64,000 nt of DNA from Myxococcota bacterium (GCA_041687695.1 JAWLBL010000002.1:70761-134760); one strand, 5' to 3'; positions 1 to 10,089 are shown, counted from the first letter of the stretch. A program made the numbers and translations. Notes: generated by a model from the sequence alone, not told the origin.

Positions 1-936
1 GACCTGGTCGCGGCCAGGGAGGTTGGTGGTGTCGGGGTAGCCGCCCGCGAGGACGCGGTAGGTGCCCGGGAAGATGGTCAGCTGCCAGGGGAAGCCGGTT
101 TCGTGGCTGCAGAAGAGGTCGAAGTCGAACTGGTAGCCGTGGTCGACCTCGACGAAGCGCACGCGTCCGCGGGGGTAGGCGCCGTTGCCGTCGTAGCAGT
201 CGACGTTGGGTTTGGCAGGGACGCCGTTGGATAGCAGGGTGCCGGAGACGGTGACGCTCTGGACGTCGAGGGCCAGGCCGGTGGGGGCACCGCCGGCGCA
301 GACGTCGCCCGCGACGCAGGCGTAGCCGAGGGGACAGCCCAGGTCACAGGCGGGGCAGGGGTCGCACTGGAGGGTGCCGCCGCAGCCGTCCGAGACCGCC
401 CCGCAGGCGCCCGGCAGCGTGGCGCACGACGCGGGCGCGCAGTGACAGAGCAGGTCGCTCCCGCAGGCCTCGCCCTCGGGACAGCCTCCGCAGGGCACCG
501 TGCCGCCGCATCCGTCCGGCGCCGTCCCACAGGCCGCGCCCGCCTGCTCACAGGTCAGGGGCTGGCAGGCGCCGACCCCGCACTGCCACGGCCCCGCGGC
601 CCCGCAGGTCTCGCCCTCCGGGCAGCTCCCGCACTGGAGGGTGCCGCCGCATCCGTCCGACACTTCGCCGCACTCGGCGCTGCGGCTGGCGCAGGTGGCG
701 GGCAGGCAGGCGTCGTCGTCGGGGGCCGCCAGGTCCGAAGCCTCGCCCGTGTCGCCCGGCCCCGCATCGACGTCACCCCCCAGCTCACCGTCGAGGCCGC
801 CGTCCCCCGCGCCGAGCACGTCGGCCGCGTCCGATGGGAAAGGGACGAACGCGCCGCTCCCTCCCGGCGCGTCGCAGCCGATGACGAAGAGCGAGAACGG
901 AATCGCGAGGGCGAGGCGGCGAGACGTGGGGCGCAT
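1..936 (-). CDS. Cys-rich repeat lipoprotein (runs off window start)
   Basis: Not in the ORF track; read manually from ATG at 936: MRPTSRRLALAIPFSLFVIGC (lipobox), acidic linker, repeated DGCGGTLQC/DGCGGTVPC Cys units, open to base 1. Confidence 0.8.
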   Translation of the reverse strand, partial: MRPTSRRLALAIPFSLFVIGCDAPGGSGAFVPFPSDAADVLGAGDGGLDGELGGDVDAGPGDTGEASDLAAPDDDACLPATCASRSAECGEVSDGCGGTLQCGSCPEGETCGAAGPWQCGVGACQPLTCEQAGAACGTAPDGCGGTVPCGGCPEGEACGSDLLCHCAPASCATLPGACGAVSDGCGGTLQCDPCPACDLGCPLGYACVAGDVCAGGAPTGLALDVQSVTVSGTLLSNGVPAKPNVDCYDGNGAYPRGRVRFVEVDHGYQFDFDLFCSHETGFPWQLTIFPGTYRVLAGGYPDTTNLPGRDQV

Positions 937-1089
937 CGGGATGCTCCGGGGCCGAAGGCGGCGGCGAACGGCCGCGAGCCTACCGCAAGCATCCGCCCCC
1001 AGCGACCCCCGCCGGCGCCTCCGCGAGCGAGCCGGTCCGGCCAAGAGGTCGCCCGACCGCTCCCGCGCGTCGGCTCCGGGAGCGCGGCC

Positions 1090-1119
1090 TTCACGCGCTT
1101 GCGAGCCGGTCCGGGCGCG
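1090..1119 (+). repeat. 30-bp direct repeat, copy 1 (copy 2 at 2737-2766)
   Basis: TTCACGCGCTTGCGAGCCGGTCCGGGCGCG vs TTCACGCGCTTGCGAGGCGGCCCGGGCGCG; 2 mismatches. Confidence 0.75.
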
Positions 1120-1172
1120 GCGCGCCGCGGGCTCGGTCCTGCCGGGCGCCGCGGACCAGGAGCGCTCGGCGA

Positions 1173-1340
1173 CTACTTGAACAGGCCGCCCAGGCCGCCG
1201 GGCAGCTTGCCCGCGAGGCCGCTGGACTTCAGCAGCTCCGGCACCTTGTCGGCGTTTTCCTGGATGAACTCGACGACCTGCTTGGCCTGCTCCTCGCTCA
1301 GCCCGACCTTGGCCATCAGGCCCTTGATGAACTCGTCCAT
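1173..1340 (-). CDS. Small hypothetical protein, 55 aa
   Basis: Below track cut-off; MDEFIKGLMAKVGLSEEQAKQVVEFIQENADKVPELLKSSGLAGKLPGGLGGLFK*, GAGGAG RBS, G/C-ending codons. Confidence 0.8.
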   Translation of the reverse strand: MDEFIKGLMAKVGLSEEQAKQVVEFIQENADKVPELLKSSGLAGKLPGGLGGLFK

Positions 1341-1577
1341 GGCGCTCCTCCGATGATGTGGGTGACGACGCGCGGGAACCTACGACCGAGCCGGCCGCCT
1401 GACCAGCGGCAAGCGCCGAGGTCGTGGGTTGGGCGAACCTGACGGAATACGGCGATGGTCCGGCAGGCGCGGGGGAGGGCTGGCCCGTCGTCCGGGCGCG
1501 GGGCAGGATGGCGGTCGCGAGCCGGCGCCGCGCGCTGCGGGACGTCGGCGGACAGCGCGGAACCATCGGAGGACGAC

Positions 1578-2279
1578 GTGAAGCTTCGTGGGATGGTGTT
1601 GGCGGGCCTGTTGGGTGCCGCCGCGATCGCTCCGGCCGGCCTTGCGGCGCCGCCGGGCAAGCCGGCGATGCCGACCAAGGCGGTCGAGCGGGGCAAGGCC
1701 GCGGCGGACAAGGCCGCCGAGCGGGCGGACAAGGCCGCCGAGCGGGCCGACAAGGCCGCCGAGCGGGCGGGGGAGCGGGCCGACGAGGCCGCCGAGCGGG
1801 CGGACAAGGCCGCCGAGCGGGCCGGGGACGGGGCAGGCAAGGCGGCCGAGCGGGCGGACAGGGCCGCAGAGCGGGCCGACAAGGCCGAGGATCGCGCCGA
1901 GCGCAAGGCCGAGCGCGTCGAGGAGCGGGCCGAACGGGCTGGAGAGCGGGCCGAGCGGGCGGAGGATCGCGCCGAGCGCAAGGCCGAGCGGGCCGAAGAG
2001 CGGGCCGAGCGGGCGGAGGATCGGAAGGCGCGCATCGCCGAGCGGCGCAAGCACCTCGAGCGGTCGGCCAAGATCGCGCGCTTGATGAAGATCGCGGCCG
2101 AGACGAAGGACGCCGGGCTGCAGGCGCGGGCCACGGCGCTCGAGGGCAAGGAGAGGGCGCGGCACCGGCAGGCGATGGCGCGCATCGAGGCCAGCGCGCG
2201 GGTCGAGCGGCGCGGCGAGCGGCCCGCGGGCGAGCGCCCGGCGGGTGAGGAGCAGGGAGGGCGCGATGAGCAGCGGTAG
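1578..2279 (+). CDS. Secreted repetitive helical/coiled-coil protein
   Basis: GTG at 1578 after GGAGG; signal peptide (KLRGMVLAGLLGAAAIAPA); many ADKAAER/AERAEE repeats. Confidence 0.75.
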   Translation: MKLRGMVLAGLLGAAAIAPAGLAAPPGKPAMPTKAVERGKAAADKAAERADKAAERADKAAERAGERADEAAERADKAAERAGDGAGKAAERADRAAERADKAEDRAERKAERVEERAERAGERAERAEDRAERKAERAEERAERAEDRKARIAERRKHLERSAKIARLMKIAAETKDAGLQARATALEGKERARHRQAMARIEASARVERRGERPAGERPAGEEQGGRDEQR

Positions 2280-2622
2280 GCGGACCATGCGATGGGCGGC
2301 GCTGGCGCTGGGAGCGGCGCTGGCCGTGCCGGTGACCGGTTGCGACAAGAAGCAGGACGCGCCGGCGGCCCAGCAGCCGGCCCCCACGGCCGAGGCCGAG
2401 GCGAAGGCCGAGCCTACGCCGGCCACTCAGGTGGCGCCCGAGCAGCCGGCGGCCGACCCGGCGCAGCCCGCGGGCGAGCCGGCGACCGCGCTGGCCGAGC
2501 CCGACGAGGTGGCGCTCGAGGCCGAGCTGGCCAAGCAGGCCGAGGCCGAGATCACCGCCGGCAACGCGGCGGCGGTGGCCGAGCAGCTCGAAGAGGAGCT
2601 GGCGGCCGAGCTCGCCGAGTAG
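2266..2622 (+). CDS. Small lipoprotein
   Basis: MRWAALALGAALAVPVTGC lipobox; overlaps the upstream stop; start may be 2287. Confidence 0.75.
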   Translation: MSSGRRTMRWAALALGAALAVPVTGCDKKQDAPAAQQPAPTAEAEAKAEPTPATQVAPEQPAADPAQPAGEPATALAEPDEVALEAELAKQAEAEITAGNAAAVAEQLEEELAAELAE

Positions 2623-2736
2623 CCCGTCCCACGAGGTCGCCGGGCAGGCGCTGCCTGGCGACCCCGCCCCTTTCGCGGCCACCCGGCCACCCGGCCACCG
2701 CCCCGCCGACCGTCACCTGCGCGCCGTCGCCCCGCT

Positions 2737-2766
2737 TTCACGCGCTTGCGAGGCGGCCCGGGCGCG
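2737..2766 (+). repeat. 30-bp direct repeat, copy 2
   Basis: Matches 1090-1119 at 28/30. Confidence 0.75.
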
Positions 2767-2852
2767 TTGCGCGGCGATCGGGCATTGGTTAGGGTCGGCT
2801 GCGCGGCGCGTCGGGGTCGGTGCGGCGCGGCATCGGCCTGGCAGGAGCGACG

Positions 2853-3560
2853 ATGAGCGCGTGGGTGGCGGCAGTGCGTGGCGGCGTGGCGCTGGGCGTC
2901 GTGGGGGCGCTGGCCCTGCCCGCGGCGGCGCAGGACGCGGTGGGCGTCGGCGGGATGGTCTTCATCGACGACGGGCAGCTCGAGGACACCGAGCGGCGCA
3001 GCATCCTGGAGGATCGCGAGTCGTTCCCGTTCGGGTCCGACGGGCTGCTGGGCGCGTCGGTCTGGTGGCTGCGCGAGCTGGACCAGCGGTTTCGGGCGGG
3101 GGCGCGGGTCAGCTGGTTCGGCAGCTACGCGCTGGTCGAGGACGTCGACGACGACGAGGACGAGCCCGATCCCATCGAGTACGGGCACCTGCTCGAGGTG
3201 GCCGGCCGAGGCGAGCTGGTCGCCGGGATGACCGACGCGGTCGACCTGGTCCTGGGCGGCGAGCTGGGCCTGCTGTTCCTGTTCCCCGGCGGCGACCTCG
3301 AGGCCGAGATCGAGGCCCTGGACAACCAGGGGGTCGACGTCTGGTCGGGGCCCAAGCTGGGCTGGTCAGCCAAGGCCACGGCCGGGGCGCGCTGGCGCTA
3401 CAGCGACCGCCTGGCGGTGCGGGGCGACCTGGGGCTGGGCTACAATGCGCTGTGGATCTTCGACACCGACGAGACGGTGCAGGGCATCCGCTTCCAGAAG
3501 CAGCGCGATCTCGAGATCTGGCGCTATTCCCTGACGCTCGGGGTCGAGGTCTCGCTGTGA
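2853..3560 (+). CDS. Probable outer-membrane beta-barrel protein
   Basis: AGGAG RBS, signal peptide, alternating amphipathic strands, C-terminal YSLTLGVEVSL. Confidence 0.7.
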   Translation: MSAWVAAVRGGVALGVVGALALPAAAQDAVGVGGMVFIDDGQLEDTERRSILEDRESFPFGSDGLLGASVWWLRELDQRFRAGARVSWFGSYALVEDVDDDEDEPDPIEYGHLLEVAGRGELVAGMTDAVDLVLGGELGLLFLFPGGDLEAEIEALDNQGVDVWSGPKLGWSAKATAGARWRYSDRLAVRGDLGLGYNALWIFDTDETVQGIRFQKQRDLEIWRYSLTLGVEVSL

Positions 3561-3628
3561 AACGGCCTGAAACGCGGGCCAAGTTCGCGTAACCCCAGCG
3601 GAACCCACGTTGCCGGGGGACGGCCGCT

Positions 3629-3644
3629 TGTGACGCCGGTCACG
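3629..3644 (+). promoter_or_regulatory. CRP/FNR-family-like box
   Basis: TGTGA-CGCCGG-TCACG, 9/10 match to TGTGA-N6-TCACA, upstream of the 3709 gene. Confidence 0.4.
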
Positions 3645-3708
3645 GTTCGCTTACCGTGGAGTGAGCCGGCCCGGGAACCGGCCTCCTCTCTCACCGCGAG
3701 GGCGAGCC

Positions 3709-5550
3709 ATGCGAGGGATCTTCGAGCGTCGCGGCGGCACACGAGCCCCCAGGGGGACCGGTCGGGCGCGGGCGGGGCTGCTTGCGCTCTCGCTGGCGGG
3801 GCTGGCCCTGGCCGGCGGCTGTGAGGACGAGGTCGAGCGCTTCGACGCGACCGACCCCGCGCGCGGCCCGGGGCAGCTGGTCGGGGGCGACGGCCCGCTG
3901 AACGAGGGCGTCTTCCCCGGCGGGGACGACGCGCTGCCCGCGCCGCGCAGCGTCGCGCTGCCGGACGACGCGCTGCCGCCGGACTGTGACGGCGAGTGCC
4001 AGGCCTTCTGCGCCTCGCAGGCGCTGGACAACCCGGTCAACCGGGGCCTGTGCTCGAGCCTGTGGGGCGTCGGGCTGCAGCCGCGCCCGGTGGTGCCGCG
4101 CGAGGCGTGCCGCCGGCTGTTCGTCGATCTCGTCGGCCGCTTCCCGACCGACGCCGAGGCCGCCGCCACCTGCGACGGCCGGTCCTTCGGCGAGGTCGCG
4201 CGGCAGCTCATCGACTCGGACGACTTCGTGCACGTCAACCAGCGCCGCTGGGCCGACGCGCTGCTCTACAACAACCAGGCCGTCAGCATCGAGCGCATCT
4301 ACGACATGGACGAGCTGGTCGGCAAGGTCTACCGGGGCCTCGTGCCCTACGACCAGCTGGCCGCCGTCGTCAGCGCGCACCCGGTGCTGACGCGCCGCTA
4401 CGCCACCAGCGGCGACCGGGTCGAGGCGCTGTTCCGGCTGTTCCTGGGCCGCCCGCCCTTCGCGGACGAGCGCAGCGACATGGCGCGCCTGTACACCCTC
4501 TGGGACAACGGCTACTACGACCACCCGGTGCTCGGGATGCGCCTGCCCGACGGCGTCATCCGCTATCGGTGCATCGGCGACGACGGCAAGCCGCACCCCA
4601 TCACCCGCGGCGAGTGCACCTCGGTCCTGTGGGGCTACAACGAGCTCATCCTCGAGCCGGACCTGCGGGCCTCGGACGGCCAGATGTGGAGCGGCCTGCT
4701 GCGCCCCGAGGAGTGGGAGCGCCTGCAGCTGCCAGGACGCATCCTGGCGGGGCAGCTGGCGTTCTGGGAGCACGCGGCCGACGAGGCGCTGAACCTGTAC
4801 CTGGGCTACGACCTGGGCGCGCTGGTGCCCGAGGTGCGCGACGCGCTGGTGCGCTACCTGCTCGAGATGAACGGCGACGTGCGGGCGCTGCACTACGCCG
4901 TCGTCACCTCGGCGGCCTACCTGCAGTCGTCCACCGGCGCCACCGACCGCGACTACCGCTGGACGGTGGGGCCGCTCAAGCAGGTGGACGCCGAGCCGTG
5001 GATCGACTCGGTCAAGGCGACCACGGGCTTTGCGCTCTCGCGGTGCGACCACCGCCTGTCGCAGCCCGACACCGTCATGAACACCGGCACGCTGTCGACG
5101 CTGGCGCTCGTCCAGGCGTCGGACTGGGAGCTGGACGACCGCGGCCGCATCGTCGGCGACTATCGCGACCTGGCGTCGACGCTGGGCGGCTGTCCGTCGA
5201 ACGAGGCCAGCGGGCGCTTCAAGACGGTCAGCATCCTGACCACGGCGACGCAGGAGGCGTTCGTCGCCGAGGTGTGCAACCCCGGGCTGTCCAAGGACCG
5301 CCCGGGCGCCGACGTGGCGCGCCTGCTGCCGCCGGGCATGAACCCCAGCCTGCAGCTGACGCGCGACGTGGCGGCCGAGGTCACGACCTGGCAGATGGCG
5401 CAGTTCTTCGCGCGCGCGCCGACCAAGGCCGAGCTGGACGAGGTCCGCGAGGCGGCCGACCAGTGCGCGCCCAAGCCCTGCACCGCGGAAGCCTTCGCCC
5501 GGCCGATGTGCTTCGTCCTGCTCTCCAGCGCCGAAATGCTCTTCTACTGA
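3709..5550 (+). CDS. Cys-containing lipoprotein, PSD1/DUF1549-DUF1553-like (DUF1501 partner)
   Basis: LALAGGC lipobox; RRLFVDLVGRFPT, LFRLFLGRPP and FFARAPT..CFVLLSSAEMLFY motifs resemble proteins found beside DUF1501 genes. Confidence 0.7.
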   Translation: MRGIFERRGGTRAPRGTGRARAGLLALSLAGLALAGGCEDEVERFDATDPARGPGQLVGGDGPLNEGVFPGGDDALPAPRSVALPDDALPPDCDGECQAFCASQALDNPVNRGLCSSLWGVGLQPRPVVPREACRRLFVDLVGRFPTDAEAAATCDGRSFGEVARQLIDSDDFVHVNQRRWADALLYNNQAVSIERIYDMDELVGKVYRGLVPYDQLAAVVSAHPVLTRRYATSGDRVEALFRLFLGRPPFADERSDMARLYTLWDNGYYDHPVLGMRLPDGVIRYRCIGDDGKPHPITRGECTSVLWGYNELILEPDLRASDGQMWSGLLRPEEWERLQLPGRILAGQLAFWEHAADEALNLYLGYDLGALVPEVRDALVRYLLEMNGDVRALHYAVVTSAAYLQSSTGATDRDYRWTVGPLKQVDAEPWIDSVKATTGFALSRCDHRLSQPDTVMNTGTLSTLALVQASDWELDDRGRIVGDYRDLASTLGGCPSNEASGRFKTVSILTTATQEAFVAEVCNPGLSKDRPGADVARLLPPGMNPSLQLTRDVAAEVTTWQMAQFFARAPTKAELDEVREAADQCAPKPCTAEAFARPMCFVLLSSAEMLFY

Positions 5551-5563
5551 GGGGAGGCCCGCC

Positions 5564-6967
5564 GTGAACGACCACAACGAGCGCAAAGGGTCTCTGTCTC
5601 GCCGCGGCTTCCTGGGCCGCGTGGGGCTCGCCGCCGCGGCCGCCGCCGCCGCGCCCTACGTCTGGATCCCGGGGCGGGCGCGCGCGCAGACGTCGGCCCA
5701 CGGGGCGGTCAAGCACCTCATCTACATCCGCCTGTCGGGCGGCTTCCGCTTCCCGCCGGCCTTCAACGCCGACGTCTCCGACGAGTTCAACCCCTTCGGG
5801 CTGTCCGACAAGCGCCCGGCCGGGGTGCAGTGGGGCGTCGGCAAGCTGCTCGAGCGCGCCGGCTGGCTCGACGGCGACGGCGGGGCGCCGCTGCGCGAGG
5901 CGGGGCTCAAGCCCCTGCACGAGCTGGCCGGCGACATCGCCGTCCTGCCGTGCGTCGACCACGAGCCGCTGGCGGGCAGCGCGGACGGCAACCACGGCAC
6001 CGGCCTCGAGCGCTACCTGACGGGCTACGTCGGCGGCGCGACGGGCTTCTTCACGATGATCAACTACGGCGTGCGCGAGCGGGTCGCCGCGGCGGCCGCC
6101 GAGGGCGTCACCCTGCTGCCCGCGTTCGTGCTGGGCGAGGCGGGCATGGGGCGCGGCGCGGGCGAGTTCGCCGCCTATCGGCCGCCGGTGGTGCGCGACA
6201 GCGGCTTCGACCGCTTCGGCTTCAACAGCGACGACAACCTGCCGGCGTGGGCGCGCAAGCTCAGCCAGACGGGCGACGCGCGGCTGCGCGACCGGCAGCA
6301 CCTGGCCCACCGCGCGACCATCGACGCCTTCATGCAGACCCGAGAGGTCACCAAGAGCTACAGCCAGATCTTCCAGAGCGACGTCCTGAAGATCGGCAAC
6401 AACTCGGACGAGCTGGTCGACGGCATCTCCAACCGCGAGCTGCGCACGCTGTTCGGCGACAACGGCTCGGCGCGCAACCTGCGCCTCGCGCTGCGGCTGT
6501 TCCACTTCGGGTGCCCGGCGGTCTATCTGGACCAGGGCGGCTACGACATGCACTCGGGCGAGGAGAACGGCCTGCCCGGGCGCATCGAAGAGCTGAACCG
6601 CCTCGTCAGCGCGCTGCACTTCGCGTTGCACAAGATGCAGCACCCCGCCGGCGGCAGCTACTGGGACCACACGATGGTGGTGCTGGGCAGCGAGTTCTCG
6701 CGCACGACCCGCGGCAACCCCTTCAACTCGGCGCGCGGCAGCGATCACGGCGGCGACTATGCCACGCGCTGGATGTCGATGCCGTTCATGGGCGGCGCCG
6801 TGACCCAGGGCGGGCGCCAGCTCGGCGCGACCCGCCCGGCCGACCTGAAGGCGACCGGAAAGGTCTACTCGTACCGGTCGGTGCTCAAGACGCTGATGGA
6901 CGCGCTGGGCGCCGATCACCTGCCCTTCTTCCCCGCCGACGAGCCCTTCGATGACCTCTTCGCCTAA
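5564..6967 (+). CDS. Tat-exported DUF1501-like protein
   Basis: Twin-arginine SRRGFLG signal; GGYDMH, SEFSRT and GSDHG motifs; GGGGAGG RBS. Confidence 0.8.
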   Translation: MNDHNERKGSLSRRGFLGRVGLAAAAAAAAPYVWIPGRARAQTSAHGAVKHLIYIRLSGGFRFPPAFNADVSDEFNPFGLSDKRPAGVQWGVGKLLERAGWLDGDGGAPLREAGLKPLHELAGDIAVLPCVDHEPLAGSADGNHGTGLERYLTGYVGGATGFFTMINYGVRERVAAAAAEGVTLLPAFVLGEAGMGRGAGEFAAYRPPVVRDSGFDRFGFNSDDNLPAWARKLSQTGDARLRDRQHLAHRATIDAFMQTREVTKSYSQIFQSDVLKIGNNSDELVDGISNRELRTLFGDNGSARNLRLALRLFHFGCPAVYLDQGGYDMHSGEENGLPGRIEELNRLVSALHFALHKMQHPAGGSYWDHTMVVLGSEFSRTTRGNPFNSARGSDHGGDYATRWMSMPFMGGAVTQGGRQLGATRPADLKATGKVYSYRSVLKTLMDALGADHLPFFPADEPFDDLFA

Positions 6968-8330
6968 GCGCCTGGCACTCTTGGCGGCCCTCGGGGCGGC
7001 GCTCGCCGGCTGCGGCGAGGCGCCGGGCGATCCGTCGCTGACCGGCACCATCGGCTTCGACCCCAAGCGGCCCCAGCTGGTCGAGCCGGGCGAGGTGGCG
7101 CCTTACAAGGGCAGCGATCCCAACGTGCTCGAGGCGCAGGAGCGCTTTCGGACCGGCCTGGATCTGCACCTGAAGGTCATCGCGCGCACCTGCGGGCCGA
7201 CCGGCGGCGTGTGTCACAATCAGAAGGAATATCCGGATCTGCACACGCCGGCGAACTGGCTGGGGGCCATCGAGGCGCCCTGCAACGTGCAGCCCGGCAA
7301 CGAGGCGCTGGCCTACGACCGCTGCGAGCGGCCGGGCGACCGCTTCAAGGTGGTCGGCGGGGGCAAGGACCCGCTCGAGGTCGAGATCGGCTGGCTCGAG
7401 TACGTGCCGGGCGAGTGGGTCGACTGGCGCAACGAGGACACGCTGCCCGACGGCAAGGCGGCGGGGCTGCACATCTACACGGCCGACCCGCTGAGCCTCG
7501 ATCGCGACGAGGTCTACGGCGCCGGCCAGTTCATCCGGACCTTCGTCAACGCCGACGGGCTGGTCGAGGATCTCGTGTTCGCGCGCTTCGAGGCGCGGTG
7601 GTGGATCCTCGACGGCGGCAAGCACCTGTTCGCCGAGGTGCGCGAGTACCACGTCGACCGCGTGCAGGAGCTGCTGTCGGTCGGCATCGTGCAGGGCGAC
7701 CTCAACCGCAACGGCGTCTTCGGGGCGCGGCAGGGCGAGCCGGTGCCGCTCATCAGCCCGGGGCGGCCCGAGGAGAGCTACCTGGTGGCGCGCCTGCGCG
7801 GGACGATGCTGGGCGAGGACATCCCCGGCTCGCGCATGCCGCTGGCCAACCAGCCGCTGACGGTCGCCGAGATGCTGGCCCTGTACTGCTGGATCGAGGG
7901 GGTCGGCAGCAGCGACGACACGCCCAACCTGGCGGCGCCCATCGACTACGCGGGGTGCAGCTACAGCGTCAGCCCCGAGGACCTGAACCTGCTGGGCGAG
8001 GGCGTGACCTGGAAGGCGCGGGTCAAGAAGATCCTCGAGTTCAACTGCGGCGGCTGCCACACGGGCGACAGCGCCGCGGCCGGGCTGGTGCTCAAGGGCG
8101 AGGGCGTCTACGAGCGGCTGCTGGGGGCGTCGGTCCAGAACCCCGACCTGAACCTGGTCGAGCCCTTCGACCCCGACGGGAGCTACCTGTGGCTCAAGCT
8201 CATCGGCCACGAGAGCATCGTCGGCCAGGCGATGCCCTACAACCCGCTGACCGGCGTGGGCAAGCTGAAGGACGCCGAGCTGAACGACATCCGCACCTGG
8301 ATCGAGGCCGGCGCGGTCGAGGACCAGTAG
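6951..8330 (+). CDS. Cytochrome c-type lipoprotein (two putative haem domains)
   Basis: ALAGC lipobox; canonical CGGCH with later QAMP; upstream CGPTGGVCH with PGRPEESYL..RMPL; overlaps the previous stop. Confidence 0.8.
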   Translation: MTSSPKRLALLAALGAALAGCGEAPGDPSLTGTIGFDPKRPQLVEPGEVAPYKGSDPNVLEAQERFRTGLDLHLKVIARTCGPTGGVCHNQKEYPDLHTPANWLGAIEAPCNVQPGNEALAYDRCERPGDRFKVVGGGKDPLEVEIGWLEYVPGEWVDWRNEDTLPDGKAAGLHIYTADPLSLDRDEVYGAGQFIRTFVNADGLVEDLVFARFEARWWILDGGKHLFAEVREYHVDRVQELLSVGIVQGDLNRNGVFGARQGEPVPLISPGRPEESYLVARLRGTMLGEDIPGSRMPLANQPLTVAEMLALYCWIEGVGSSDDTPNLAAPIDYAGCSYSVSPEDLNLLGEGVTWKARVKKILEFNCGGCHTGDSAAAGLVLKGEGVYERLLGASVQNPDLNLVEPFDPDGSYLWLKLIGHESIVGQAMPYNPLTGVGKLKDAELNDIRTWIEAGAVEDQ

Positions 8331-8341
8331 GCGGGCAGGGT
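8263..8341 (+). repeat. 79-bp direct repeat (3' end of cytochrome gene), left copy
   Basis: 8270-8331 identical to 11381-11442; 3 mismatches over 79 bp. Confidence 0.95.
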
Positions 8342-8414
8342 CGCTCCGCGCGCCCCTGACCCTCCCGGCCCGGCCTTGTCATCGCCCGACCCCGGCCCCA
8401 CGCTCCGGCCCACC

Positions 8415-9992
8415 ATGCGCCGCTTCAACACCGCCGGCCCCTGCCTGCCGGCCTACCACTACATGGTCGACCCCATCGCCCGGCTCCCCGAGGCCCGCGG
8501 CCTCGTCGATCAGCTCGGCTACTTCGTGGTCCACGCGCCGCGCCAGATGGGTAAGACCACGACCCTGCGCGCGCTGGCCGAGGCCCTGACCGCCGAGGGC
8601 CGCTACGTCGCCGTCCACTTCTCGTGCGAGGGCGGCGCGGCCCATGGCGACGATATCGGAGCGGTCGAGCGCGTCCTCCTCGACCAGCTCCGGGACGCCG
8701 CCGATCGCGAGTTGCCGAGCGAGCTCCAGCCCCCGCCGTGACCCGTGGCCGCCGAAGGCAATCAGCTCTACGCCGCGCTCACCGCCTGGTCACTCGCGTC
8801 TCCGCGTCCCCTGGTCCTGGTCATGGACGAGATCGACGCCCTCCGCGGCGACGGGCTCCTGACCGTGCTCCGCCAGCTCCGCGCCGGCTTCCCCAACCGC
8901 CCCGCCCGCTTTCCCGCCTCGATGGTCCTCTGCGGTCTCCGGGACGTCCGCGACTACGAGATGGCGAGCGGCGGCGACCCAGAACGCCTCGGTACGGCGA
9001 GCCCGTTCAACATCAAGGTGAAGTCGCTGCGCCTCACGCACTTCGACACCGACGATGTCCGCGAGCTCACCTCTCAACACACCGCCGAGACCGGTCAGCG
9101 GTTCACGGACGAAGCGCTCGAGCGCCTCTTTGCGCTCACCGGCGGCCAGCCGTGGCTCGTCAACGCGCTCTGCGCCGAGGTCGTCCACGAGATGGCCATT
9201 CCCGTTCCCGAGCCCATCACGCCTGCCCACGCCGAGATCGCCAAGGAGCGCCTCATCCTGGCCCGCGCCACCCACCTCGACTCGTTGGTCGCCCGCCTCA
9301 TGGAGCCGCGGGTCCGGCGTGTCCTGGAGCCGCTCCTAGCCGGCGGCTTCGGCGGCGCCGACGCGACCTACAACGATGACGTGGCGTACGTCCGGGACCT
9401 TGGCCTGGTCGCCCTCGACAAGCCCCTCCGCATCGCCAACCCCATCTACCGCGAGGTCATCGTCCGGGTGCTCGCCAGCCCAGCCGAAGAGCAGACCACC
9501 GCCGAGCCCCGCTCCTTCGTCCTCCCCGACGGCCGCCTCGATCTCCCCAAGATCCTCACCGAGTTCGCCGCCTTCTGGCGCGAGCACGGCGAGGTCCTCG
9601 CCGGAGCCATGCCCTACCATGAGGTCGCCCCGCAGCTCGTCCTCATGGCCTACCTCCAGCGCGTCGTGAACGGCGGCGGCACCATCGACCGCGAGTACGG
9701 CGTCGGCCGCGGCCGCATCGACCTCCTCATCCGCTGGCCCTTTACCGACCCAACCGGCCAGCGCGCCCTCCAGCGCGAAGCCCTGGAGCTCAAGGTCTGG
9801 GCCTCCGGCCGCCCCGACCCGCTCCCCAAGGGTCTGGAGCAGCTCGACGCCTACCTCGCCTCCCTCGGCGCCGACGAGGGCGTCCTCGTCCTCTTCGACC
9901 GCCGCCCCGAGTCCGGCCCCCCCGAGCACCGCACCACCTTCGAGCCCGCCACTACCCCCTCGGGCCGCCACGTCACCGTCCTCCGCGCCTGA
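8415..9992 (+). pseudogene. AAA-family ATPase with C-terminal PD-(D/E)XK-like domain, interrupted by in-frame TGA at 8739-8741
   Basis: Track ORFs 8376-8741 and 8745-9992 share a frame; Walker A HAPRQMGKTT, Walker B LVMDEID, C-terminal REYGVGRGRIDL..LELK. Confidence 0.85.
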
Positions 9993-10089
9993 CGCCCGGC
10001 CCCCGATGTGGCGCCCCGGCGCCGGCGCGCGGTTGAGGCAGTGCCGATGACGGCGTAGGCTGCGGGGACGCCCGACCAGCGAGGTCGCC

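Noticed and set aside
8739..8741. Selenocysteine codon
   Set aside because: PPP-x-P context suits Trp, there is no redox motif and no convincing SECIS; kept only as a low-probability alternative.
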